Source of the DNA: an uncultured Pseudomonadota bacterium
Lineage (GTDB): Bacteria > Oederibacteriota > Muellerivitia > Muellerivitales > Muellerivitaceae
Direction: 5' to 3'
NCBI GenBank assembly: GCA_963836235.1
Contig: CAWIIP010000002.1
Location: 1,504,001-1,568,000 of the forward strand
DNA: 64,000 bases
The notes beneath the pieces are model-generated. The model ran no database searches, was not told where the DNA came from, and worked only from the letters and a program-made list of their open reading frames with translations. Made by a program: the position numbers and the translations under genes. This document shows positions 40,323 through 49,213 of the stretch, in pieces; positions within the stretch are counted from its first letter, which is position 1; each line of letters opens with the position of its first letter.

Positions 40323-42434
40323 TCAAGAAACATTATCCAGTTCCTTTAAGTTTTGAGAAGCTGGTGTCAAGTTGACCGGGCATTTTAAAGCTTTTTGAAA
40401 GTAATGACGGGCGGCTTTTAGGTCGTTTTTTTTCCACAAAAGTAGCCCCATTTGGTCGTAAAAAAAGGCGTTGGGGTATCCTAATTCCAAACCCTCCTGT
40501 ATGGAATGAATGGCTCCATCGATATCGCCCATTAGTACGTTATAGAACTCCATTTTTCCCCATAAACAGGATTCCAAAAAGGGATCACCTTGAGCCAGCG
40601 GTTGTAAACCTTCCAATTCTTGGACAATATTTTCACCTGACATTTTTTCAGTTTGAAAAATCATTTCCAGGGTCAATTTCCGGAAAGCCAAGTTGGCGGC
40701 GGTCCACTTTTGGAGAACATTTTTAACGCCGGGAGTAATGGGAATAATCCCCAATGATAAGCCACCATCAGGTCGGGATAAATCTTGTGAAAGCCAAGAC
40801 CATTGGCCTTGGGGTAATCGCTTTTGTAGGAAAGGGATGAAATGGGGATTCGCCAGAACCGCAAACCATTTAACCTTATCCATGGGAAGGGCGGGATTAC
40901 GAAGAACATCAAAAGAAAAGCCGGCGATTGCGAGGGTTTGATCAAAGGTTTTCGGGGAGAAATCCGTGAATAAAATTCCGGGGCCTTGTTCCTTGGATTG
41001 CAGTTGCAGTTTCTCAAAAGCCCTCCATCGCTCGACGGATTTGAAGTCGGCGCATTCGGGGTTGGGCACACCCCACTTTTGATGGTAAGGGCCGAAAAGA
41101 TGATAAGTATCGATGGCCGTGGAAAAAATTAAAAAAAGAATGAACCATGGCAGAGCATGTTTCGGATTTGAGGGTGATAAAAGCCATAACAACCCAATGC
41201 AACAAACGATTAATAGAAATGGAAGGACGGGCAGGATGCGGTACATTTCCACGGAAATTGTCGTGATGCCCGGAATCAGGCATATTCCCAAGGCGGCCAT
41301 TAACCACAGGCTCCAAGCCTCCTTTCGGCATTGAATTGTCCAGGCTAGTCCGATGAAGAAGGCGCTGGCTAAAAAAGGATTCAAGATGCCCCCCATAATG
41401 GGGCGGTAGCATTGCCCCAAGGGATCAGCGCCCCAAAATAACATGGTGAAATTGGACAATGCCAACTTCCAGCCATAGTTCAGCGAAGCCATATTTTGGA
41501 ATAAAAACAAACTGGAAACATAGTGACCATAGCCTTCCCGCACGAGATTTACCCAAAAGGGCCCCGCCGTCACGAGGAGCGCGGCTGAAAACCCAAAGGC
41601 GTCCTTTAATCCACTTTTCCCCCCGCGCCCCCCCTGTATCCAGACGAAGGCCGTTAACAGCAGGAAGACACTCCACCAGGAGGTAAAAGTGTAAAAACCG
41701 GCACCAACACAAAAGCCCAATCCAACCGCCCAGCCAAACCGTCCCTCGGGTTCTTTTATTTTCAAAAAACCAAGGAGAAGCCATAAGCAAAGGGATTCCC
41801 AAAAAAGGGCCATCATTCCTGGATGGGAGAGTCTTCCACAATAAAGCGGCCAGAAGCTCAATGCCGCCAAGCTGAAAAATAGGAAACCGAACGACAGGCC
41901 GAATAATTTCCTGGCCGCCATGGCAAGGAAGACAAAAGAAAGGAAAGATAGGAATGCCGGTAGAAGCCATAGGTTGAAGAGAGAGACGCCACAAAGCTTA
42001 AAAACAGCCGCTAAGGCCCAAAAATAACCCGGTGGCATTCGGCTGATTCCATAAAGCAGGGAGCCATCCCAGTGCTTCATTAAATGGATTCCAAAAAAAC
42101 CGACCCAGCCCTCATCCGTGATAGGCCAAGTGGAAAGCGCGGTAAGGTGGTAAAACCGGAGAAAGAAAGCTAAGGCTAAAACGGAAATCAAAGTCCATTT
42201 AGGAGTGGAAGTGAAAATCTCCAAACGATAAGGATGTTTTTCCGCCGGTAGCTGTTGTGGGACAGAAAAACAAAGGAAAAGGAACGGGAGTAAGATTCCT
42301 ACTAGCCCAATGCCGATTTTAACCCCCAGAGTTATTGGCGCGTAGGCAAGTAAGGTGTTGGAAATTAAAAAAATGAAAAAGTAAAACCAGGCAGGCGTTG
42401 CAAACATCAGAGTTTTCTTTAAAGAAGCAGGCAT
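40323..42434 (-). CDS. GT-C (ArnT/PMT-like) membrane glycosyltransferase with C-terminal TPR, paralog 1
   Basis: LTALSTWPITDEG, LSFWP, MGGILNP, KSVERWRAF, FDQTL, GYPNA...ARHYFQKAL. The start overlaps the hpnE stop (TAATG). Confidence 0.75.
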   Translation of the reverse strand: MPASLKKTLMFATPAWFYFFIFLISNTLLAYAPITLGVKIGIGLVGILLPFLFLCFSVPQQLPAEKHPYRLEIFTSTPKWTLISVLALAFFLRFYHLTALSTWPITDEGWVGFFGIHLMKHWDGSLLYGISRMPPGYFWALAAVFKLCGVSLFNLWLLPAFLSFLSFVFLAMAARKLFGLSFGFLFFSLAALSFWPLYCGRLSHPGMMALFWESLCLWLLLGFLKIKEPEGRFGWAVGLGFCVGAGFYTFTSWWSVFLLLTAFVWIQGGRGGKSGLKDAFGFSAALLVTAGPFWVNLVREGYGHYVSSLFLFQNMASLNYGWKLALSNFTMLFWGADPLGQCYRPIMGGILNPFLASAFFIGLAWTIQCRKEAWSLWLMAALGICLIPGITTISVEMYRILPVLPFLLIVCCIGLLWLLSPSNPKHALPWFILFLIFSTAIDTYHLFGPYHQKWGVPNPECADFKSVERWRAFEKLQLQSKEQGPGILFTDFSPKTFDQTLAIAGFSFDVLRNPALPMDKVKWFAVLANPHFIPFLQKRLPQGQWSWLSQDLSRPDGGLSLGIIPITPGVKNVLQKWTAANLAFRKLTLEMIFQTEKMSGENIVQELEGLQPLAQGDPFLESCLWGKMEFYNVLMGDIDGAIHSIQEGLELGYPNAFFYDQMGLLLWKKNDLKAARHYFQKALKCPVNLTPASQNLKELDNVS

Positions 42435-43780
42435 TAGATTTTATTGTAAGATTTTTTCAGGTAAGCCGATAGTTTTTCCGCCGCACGATGGCCCGAAAGA
42501 CAAGCGCCCTCGATGGTGGCAGGAAGGCCGGTGTTGGTCCAGTCTCCGGCGAGAAAAACATGGGGGAAAGGCGTCTCACAGGGCAGGCGCAGGGGATCTG
42601 TCTCCTTTGTCCAAGTGAAGGTAGCGGCCATCTCGCGGGTCACTTTGGAGTATAGGATCTCCAAACTTTGAAATGGGGGACAGCGGTCTTGAAGTTCTTT
42701 CAATGCCAGGGAGACCAATTCTTTCTCCGATCTACCGGCCAAATCCCCCGCGGCACTGGCCGTGAAACTCAGGTATTGGCCTTCTCCTTGCCAGCCCCAA
42801 TTGGCATTGCGATTGAAAACCCAGTCGAACCGGGCGCCGGAAAGGCCCACCATTTGTCCGCTTGTAACTTTTTTGGAGAGAATCAAATGCACTGAAAGGA
42901 TGGGGGATTTACCCAACTTTGGCAATGCTTCCATCGCCGGCCAAGTGTCCAATGGCCAAAGGGCAAAAAGAGAGGTGGGTGGAACCGCCCAAATCAGTGC
43001 GTCGCCGGTAAAAGTTTTACCGGAGCGGGATATTAGTTGAAAAGTCTTTCCCTCTACTTGAAAAGCTTGAATGCCCTCATGGAAATAAACGTAACTCTCC
43101 TTTGATTCCAGGTATGGGATCACTTGGGGAAAGCCTAATTCACTTAAGGGACGGGTGGGGATGGCTAGAGCGCTGTCCTTCCGGCTCCCAAAAAAAATTC
43201 GGTGAAGGACTTCCCCTAGACCTTCCATCGGGGCTTTTTCCACCGGCACATTCATCACCGCGTTACAAAGGGGAATCCAAAACCTCTCTCGGACAAGGGG
43301 CCCCTGCTGGGTAGCGTTCAGGAATTGGTCCACCGTTTTGACACCCGGTTTTAAGACGAAAGGCTTTTTAGAAAAAGCCCTGATAGCTAGGGCCAGGGCA
43401 AGTTTCTCACCGAAAGGAAAAGCATCAGACGAAAGAAGTCCCCAAGCGATGTGATAAGGAGCGGGGAAAATAGCGCAATTCAATGAAACGGGGGAACGGT
43501 TTTTTACCATCCAAGAAAGCCGTAAGGGATCCAGCCAGTGGAAAGGTTCTTGTACGCCAAGTCTTTGGAAAAGTTTGAGGGTTTCATGGTAACACCCCAT
43601 GAGAAGGTGGGGACCATTGTCCGCCGGCGCAGGGAAATTTTCGGAGGGAGCCGTGGAATAAACGCGCCCTCCCAGGAAACCCCGGGATTCCAACAGTTCC
43701 ACCCGGTGGCCTTTTTCAGCCAGGGCCGTCGCGGCGGAAATTCCGGCGAAACCTCCTCCCACCACAATGACTTTACTCAT
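42434..43780 (-). CDS. hpnE: Hydroxysqualene dehydroxylase (FAD-dependent)
   Basis: VIVVGGGFAGISAA, LGGR, DNGPHLLMGCY, FLAGDWTNTGLPATIEGA. It follows hpnC and hpnD. Confidence 0.9.
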   Translation of the reverse strand: MSKVIVVGGGFAGISAATALAEKGHRVELLESRGFLGGRVYSTAPSENFPAPADNGPHLLMGCYHETLKLFQRLGVQEPFHWLDPLRLSWMVKNRSPVSLNCAIFPAPYHIAWGLLSSDAFPFGEKLALALAIRAFSKKPFVLKPGVKTVDQFLNATQQGPLVRERFWIPLCNAVMNVPVEKAPMEGLGEVLHRIFFGSRKDSALAIPTRPLSELGFPQVIPYLESKESYVYFHEGIQAFQVEGKTFQLISRSGKTFTGDALIWAVPPTSLFALWPLDTWPAMEALPKLGKSPILSVHLILSKKVTSGQMVGLSGARFDWVFNRNANWGWQGEGQYLSFTASAAGDLAGRSEKELVSLALKELQDRCPPFQSLEILYSKVTREMAATFTWTKETDPLRLPCETPFPHVFLAGDWTNTGLPATIEGACLSGHRAAEKLSAYLKKSYNKI

Positions 43781-44631
43781 TAATCCCCAGTCCATTTCCA
43801 CAGCCAACAGCGGCCTATAGTTCCTGTCACCGAAAGCAGTTTGTCCCATTTGGACAAGTTGGTTCGGCCTTTCAGGATTCGGTAGGGATTAGATTTCAGC
43901 TTTTGAAAGAGCTTCACGTAAACCGCTGCGATGGCTTCGGCGGTCATTAATTTGGTCCGCTGGGAGCGGGTGAGGGATTGCCGGGCCTTTATCAGGAAGC
44001 CCCAGGCTCGATTCAGTTGGAATTCGACGAAAGGTTTCCAATGGGAATCCATCTCTTCGATATGGTCTGGATTTAAATGGAAGAGCTTGAAATCTTCAGC
44101 CGGAAAATAAAGGCGGTTAAGGGACTTGTCTTCCTTGTAATCCCTTACCACATTAACGATTTGAAGGAAAATTCCGAGGTTTTCAGCGTAGTCCCGATGA
44201 GGTTTGTCCTTGAAACCAAATATTTCCATGCTGGCAAGCCCAGGTCCCCCCGCTACCTGAAGGGCATATTGGTGAAGTTCGGCGAATTTTTTGAAACGGA
44301 CAGGCTTAAGGTCCCGCTCCACCCCTTTCACAATTCGTTCCAAGGGTTTCTCAGTAAGTCTGAAATGGTAGATGAGTGGTTGAAACTGTTGAAAAAAGGG
44401 ATCTTTGGGGTTGCCGTGGAAGGCCTTCTTTAAGTTTTGCTTAAAGTGAGCCAATTTTCGTTTCTTTTCAGAGAGAGAACCGATACCGTCCGAAATCTCA
44501 TCCACTATCCAACAATAACGATAGAGCAGTGCCATCGCCTGCCGTTTTTCCTTGTTTAAAAGAAGAAGCGGGTAATAAAAACTTGTTTTATTTTCAAGGG
44601 AACCGATTTTGGGATTCAAAAAAATCCTCAA
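43780..44631 (-). CDS. hpnD: Presqualene diphosphate synthase
   Basis: Squalene/phytoene synthase fold with TSFYY, VDEISD, LGIFLQIVNVVRD and RLYFP. Confidence 0.87.
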   Translation of the reverse strand: MRIFLNPKIGSLENKTSFYYPLLLLNKEKRQAMALLYRYCWIVDEISDGIGSLSEKKRKLAHFKQNLKKAFHGNPKDPFFQQFQPLIYHFRLTEKPLERIVKGVERDLKPVRFKKFAELHQYALQVAGGPGLASMEIFGFKDKPHRDYAENLGIFLQIVNVVRDYKEDKSLNRLYFPAEDFKLFHLNPDHIEEMDSHWKPFVEFQLNRAWGFLIKARQSLTRSQRTKLMTAEAIAAVYVKLFQKLKSNPYRILKGRTNLSKWDKLLSVTGTIGRCWLWKWTGD

Positions 44632-44641
44632 TAGTTTAATT

Positions 44642-45511
44642 TTATGGATGAACCCGGCTGAAAAGAGATTTCAAAACCAGGGAAATCTTGTCCATGGCGC
44701 GCCAAGAGGGCCGATTTTCAACTACATTGTAGTCCATGGCTTTAATTTTATTGAGGATTCCCTGGCCCCCAAGGTAAGTGGCCTTCAATTCCAGCTTGAG
44801 CCGCCCCGTCACCGATTCCAGTAGGGGATAACCCTTTTGAAAATAGGTTTCAGTATATTTCACAGCGTTTTTCACCAAATGGCGGACCGGGGCGGAATCC
44901 TTTAATGCCAAAAGGTCTTTTTCAGACACACCCGCTTTTTCCATTTCCTGGCGGGGGTAGTAAATTCGATTCCGCCTCAAATCAATGGCGGTGTCCTGCC
45001 AGAAGTTGATGAGTTGAAGGCCACTACAAATAAAATCCGAGTATTCATGGAGTTTTTCATCCTGGATGCCGGAAATGTAAAGAACCATACGGCCAACCGG
45101 ATTGGCGCTGTGACGACAATAAAAAAGAAGGTTTTTCCAGGAAGCGTAACGCTTGATGGTTAAGTCCATCCGATAGGCCTTCAATAAATCCAATGGCAGG
45201 GATAAGGGAATTTTAAAAGTTTTCAAAGTATTAGCAAAGGCCTGGAGAATGACGGACGCTTTTTCTCCCTTTGTTGCTGCTTTCAATTCCTTTTCCCACC
45301 GGTTCAATTCGGGCAGGCGTTTTCCCTCGAAAGCTTCCTCGTCGGCAAAGTCATCGGCGGTGCGGGCGAAGGAATAAAGGGCAGCCACATGGGGGCGGGA
45401 TTCCTTGGGTAAAAGCAGGGACGCTACCGGAAAATTCTCATAGTGGGAAAAAGCCTGTTTTTGACATTCTTCGTAAGCCGATCTCAATTCCGGGGAAATG
45501 GTGAAATTCAT
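44642..45511 (-). CDS. hpnC: Hydroxysqualene synthase
   Basis: HYENFPVAS, ARTADDFADE, YCRHSANPVGR, GLQLINFWQD. Confidence 0.92.
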   Translation of the reverse strand: MNFTISPELRSAYEECQKQAFSHYENFPVASLLLPKESRPHVAALYSFARTADDFADEEAFEGKRLPELNRWEKELKAATKGEKASVILQAFANTLKTFKIPLSLPLDLLKAYRMDLTIKRYASWKNLLFYCRHSANPVGRMVLYISGIQDEKLHEYSDFICSGLQLINFWQDTAIDLRRNRIYYPRQEMEKAGVSEKDLLALKDSAPVRHLVKNAVKYTETYFQKGYPLLESVTGRLKLELKATYLGGQGILNKIKAMDYNVVENRPSWRAMDKISLVLKSLFSRVHP

Positions 45512-45883
45512 TGCATCAGGATAAAGGGAGACAGGCCGGAAGATAAACGCTTAAATTTTCCAATCGGCCATGGAACAGTGGCAGGAAAGATTTTAAAATT
45601 CCTCCAAATCTCAAAAGGATCTTTAATAATCAAATGAAAAAATAAAAAGAGGAAAGAGAGGTGAAGAAAGAGCTGTTTAGTAAAGGTCAATCCCAGTCCT
45701 TCTTGTAAAAGTGAGGTCCCTTGTTTTTTAGATAATTTTAGCCTTTCGGAAGGCTTTTGTAGTGACGATCTACTTTCTTTTTCCTTGGGAATAGGTAAAA
45801 AAGCCATTTCCAACATTGGAAATGATAAACTTCTTCCGAATTCTTTATTAATTTCGGTTATCAATCGCGGATTTCCCGATTCT

Positions 45884-46957
45884 ATGAATTTAAATAAATC
45901 CTTTCTTCTTGGAGCTTTCTCCGCCTTTTTGGGCCTTTTATTCTTTTTTGAAATATTCCTCCGCTTGACCGTTCCCGCCGGTTTTTGGTACCGCCATTTC
46001 GATTTATCCGGCGATATGACCAGCTTGGCCGAACTTCGGGACCGCCTTTCCTTCGCGGCGCTATCGGATCACCGAGTACTCTTATTAGGAGACAGTGTTT
46101 TAGGCGCGAGTGCCTTGATGGAACACCGAATTCCCGAAGCTCGATCCAAGACCCTTTCCAGTTTATTAAAAGAAAGCCTTAGGGCCACCAATATCAACGC
46201 GATCAGCTTAGGTTCGGATGGGCTACTTTTGCCTGACATTGAGGGTTTGACGGCGGAATTCTCCACCGCTCCCCATGAAAAGATCCTCCTTCTATTAAAT
46301 TTTCGGATGTTTTCCAAGGAGTTTGGTGAAGGTGCCAAAGCTCTTTCGCGGAATTTCCTTCTTTCGGATCTGCCGGACGAAATCCAAAAAAGGCTGAGTC
46401 CGGATAAATTACCTACAGCGGAAGCCCAATTGAGTGACCGGCTTTACGCGGGCATGTGTGACCATTGGTTTCTGTTCCGTGAAACCCAAATGTTAAAGAC
46501 CCTATGGTATTACCCCAGCCAAAAGGATTTCTTTCAACGCTTGCTTGAGCAAGTGGTGGGAAAAAACGAAGACCAGTCGGACATGATCGAGGCGGCTTTA
46601 AAACAAAAAATCGCTTCCTACTATCAACCCTATCTTTGGGATACAGAGGCCCTTCCTCTGAATTGCCTGAAAAGAGTTTTGGATCAATGGACGGAAAAAC
46701 ATATTCCCGTCGAGGTGATATTGACACCCCAGAACCGAAAATTTTTAGGAAGTTACTTGGATAAACCCAGCTTCGAGAAGAACCGAAAAACCTTGGCGGT
46801 CTTTATGAAGAATTACGCCCAACAAGGGGTGGTCTATCGCGATTGGGCGGACCGGTATGGCACCACCTCTTTTTTAGATCATTGCCATTTAACGCCTCGG
46901 GGCAACGAACAATACGCCAAAGATTTAATTCAGATTTTAGGAAAAGAGACACGATGA
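45884..46957 (+). CDS. Membrane-anchored SGNH-fold acyltransferase (DltD/AlgJ/PatB-like)
   Basis: Single N-terminal TM, LLGDS (catalytic Ser block) and C-terminal FLDHCHL (DxxH). It is in an operon with the MBOAT gene. Confidence 0.72.
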   Translation: MNLNKSFLLGAFSAFLGLLFFFEIFLRLTVPAGFWYRHFDLSGDMTSLAELRDRLSFAALSDHRVLLLGDSVLGASALMEHRIPEARSKTLSSLLKESLRATNINAISLGSDGLLLPDIEGLTAEFSTAPHEKILLLLNFRMFSKEFGEGAKALSRNFLLSDLPDEIQKRLSPDKLPTAEAQLSDRLYAGMCDHWFLFRETQMLKTLWYYPSQKDFFQRLLEQVVGKNEDQSDMIEAALKQKIASYYQPYLWDTEALPLNCLKRVLDQWTEKHIPVEVILTPQNRKFLGSYLDKPSFEKNRKTLAVFMKNYAQQGVVYRDWADRYGTTSFLDHCHLTPRGNEQYAKDLIQILGKETR

Positions 46958-47076
46958 AGAACAAGGAATTCTGGAAAGGGTTTGGAATCGGGATTGTTTT
47001 GTTCGCCCTGTTCCTGGCGATCCTTCTTTTCTCAGGCGACCTATCAGCTTCCAAATTCATCTATGTGGATTTTTAA
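46954..47076 (+). CDS. 40-aa DltX/PatC-like membrane peptide
   Basis: MKNKEFWKGFGIGIVLFALFLAILLFSGDLSASKFIYVDF: one TM helix and a C-terminal FIYxxF motif. ATGA overlap with the SGNH gene, and the stop abuts the MBOAT ATG. Confidence 0.85.
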   Translation: MKNKEFWKGFGIGIVLFALFLAILLFSGDLSASKFIYVDF

Positions 47077-48282
47077 ATGATCTTTAATACCAGTTGGTTC
47101 CTACTTTTTTTTATCACCTTTTATTCCTTTTTATGGTTTATGCCTAATGCCAAAGCGCGGTTTTTATACCTTCTGACCTGTTGCGCCATTTTTCATTATC
47201 ATTTTGCCGGTCCGGCGGGCGTGATCCCCATCATCATCATGGCGGCCATCACTTTTTTCTTCGCTCTTTGGATTCCGAAATTTCCTTCGGAAAGCCCCCG
47301 AAAGAAATGGGTTTTTAGCGCCGCCCTTTTGGTGCCCGTCTTCGGGCTTCTCTTTTATAAGTACCGGGCGCTTTTGCTGGGATCCATTGGTCCCCTTGTT
47401 GGGGGCGCCTTCGGCGGGTGGTTAACCGCCAACGCCATCCAACCAGCGATGCCCTTGGCCATTTCCTTTTTTACATTTGAGTTCGTCCATTACCTCACGG
47501 ATGTCTACCATGGCCATGGAGAGCCGATCCGGAATCCCTTCAAGTTTGGTATTTTCTGTATATTCTTTCCCTCTATCGTTTCAGGCCCCATCAAGCGGTT
47601 CCAGCCCTTCCTCGCCCAGGTGGAAAATGGTTTGGAGAAGCCGCCGGTCGAAAAAGCCGCATTGGGTTTGGCCCAATTGCTCCTAGGTTTTTTTAAGAAA
47701 CTCGTCATCGCCGACAACGCGACCATGCTTATACATTTGCTGGAGAAACGGACGGACCTTCACTTTGGTTCGACCTGCCTTTTACTGACGCTTCTTTCCA
47801 TCCGTATTCTTTTCGACTTTAGCGGTTATTCGGATATCGCCATTGGCTTAGGCAAGATGATCGGGTTGGATTTGCCCGTGAATTTTAACTTTCCTTATAT
47901 CTCGAGGAATATCACCGAATTTTGGCGCCGGTGGCATATGTCCCTCAGCAGTTGGATCAGGGACTACATTTACATTCCCATGGGCGGGAACCGGTACGGT
48001 ACCGTGAGAAAATTCTTCAACTTGATGGTCACCATGTTCGTGTGCGGGCTTTGGCACGGCGCCAGCTGGCACTTCGGCCTTTGGGGCATGTACCATGGGG
48101 CGGGGTTGGCGGTTCACAATGCCTGGGGCAAATCCAATATAGGCCAGAAATGGGCGTCCCTGCCTTTTAGCCGATGGGTGGATATCGGCGTTACGAATGT
48201 TTTCGTGGCTTATGGCTGGCTTTTGTTTTTTTACCCCATGGATCAAGTCGTGAAGTTCACTGGACATTTATTTCAATTTTGA
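47077..48282 (+). CDS. MBOAT family O-acyltransferase (AlgI/DltB-like)
   Basis: PLAISFFTF, FFPSIVSGPI, KKLVIADN, FDFSGYSDIAIG, NFNFPY, EFWRRWHMSLSSWIRDYIYIPMGG, GLWHGA. Confidence 0.95.
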   Translation: MIFNTSWFLLFFITFYSFLWFMPNAKARFLYLLTCCAIFHYHFAGPAGVIPIIIMAAITFFFALWIPKFPSESPRKKWVFSAALLVPVFGLLFYKYRALLLGSIGPLVGGAFGGWLTANAIQPAMPLAISFFTFEFVHYLTDVYHGHGEPIRNPFKFGIFCIFFPSIVSGPIKRFQPFLAQVENGLEKPPVEKAALGLAQLLLGFFKKLVIADNATMLIHLLEKRTDLHFGSTCLLLTLLSIRILFDFSGYSDIAIGLGKMIGLDLPVNFNFPYISRNITEFWRRWHMSLSSWIRDYIYIPMGGNRYGTVRKFFNLMVTMFVCGLWHGASWHFGLWGMYHGAGLAVHNAWGKSNIGQKWASLPFSRWVDIGVTNVFVAYGWLLFFYPMDQVVKFTGHLFQF

Positions 48283-48514
48283 CCTCCAGGAAAAACGATG
48301 GCCAAGGGAAATCAACGAAAGACTTCTGGGTTCTCAAAACCGCTTTTTACCCGACGAACGACGCCTGCTGCCATAGCCACTTCACCGCTTATGGTGATAT
48401 GCTGATAGCCTACCTGCTGGATTATTATTTGGTCGCAGGGAAATATATTCCTTTTGGGACAGCCCAAGCCCCCCCGCCGGTTCGCCCAAATAGGGACCAC
48501 CAAGGAGTTATAAG

Positions 48515-49027
48515 ATGAAAAAATTTCTGTTCTTTATTTTCTTCGGCCTGATGGTTTCGGCAGGAGCCCAGGAAACTCAAGTAACTTCAATGTCTTCGGC
48601 CCCGACAACGCCCACCGCTCCTCCGGTAACGTTTATCGAAAAATGGAACGCCTCCAAAGTAACTTGGGATGATTGGTTCAAGAGTAACGCGATGGTCACG
48701 GACAAGACCGATTACGTTCATTTCTTTTGGAACGCGCAGGACTTCAAGGTCAACTTCGAGACGCAAGATAAAAAAGTCCGCTTAGCCGATGCGGCTCTGG
48801 AGCTGGTAAAGCGTCTTTATCCTGCGGATGCCAAAGCGGACCAAGTGAAGGTGGATATCGTTTATGTGTTGGAGAGGGATTCCTATGGACAACCCAAGTG
48901 GGACAGCCTGCAACAGGTGGCTCATTTTGAGTTCTTGAAATCCAAAGCTCTCAAACCCGCCAAGAAGAAACAGGTTCTTACCGATACCGTAATGAAAAAG
49001 ATTTTCGATAAATTTGAGTTTTATTGA
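48515..49027 (+). CDS. Secreted hypothetical protein
   Basis: Signal peptide (MKKFLFF...SAGAQE), a short T/P linker and an AAGGAG SD. Confidence 0.75.
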   Translation: MKKFLFFIFFGLMVSAGAQETQVTSMSSAPTTPTAPPVTFIEKWNASKVTWDDWFKSNAMVTDKTDYVHFFWNAQDFKVNFETQDKKVRLADAALELVKRLYPADAKADQVKVDIVYVLERDSYGQPKWDSLQQVAHFEFLKSKALKPAKKKQVLTDTVMKKIFDKFEFY

Positions 49028-49213
49028 GAATCGTTCTCGACATTAAATTTTTGATTTTCACATAAAATAAGCCGTTTCCCATCGTTTTTCCCTTAGGTAA
49101 CCGGCATCCCTAGAGCTAGAATTGTCACCTCATTTCAACACAACGCCTTTGTGGGTCGGGTTATGTCGTTCGGGGCAACAATAACCTGCAAATTTTAGCC
49201 CGAGGAGTTCATC

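Noticed and set aside
45508-45864. 118-aa minus-strand ORF overlapping the hpnC start
   Set aside because: It has no recognisable motif and occupies the divergent promoter region. The ATGA overlap alone is insufficient, so it is left uncalled.
45884-48282. Bona fide dlt (teichoic acid D-alanylation) operon
   Set aside because: dltA and dltC are absent from the window and the cell appears diderm, so only the shared acyl-relay architecture is claimed.
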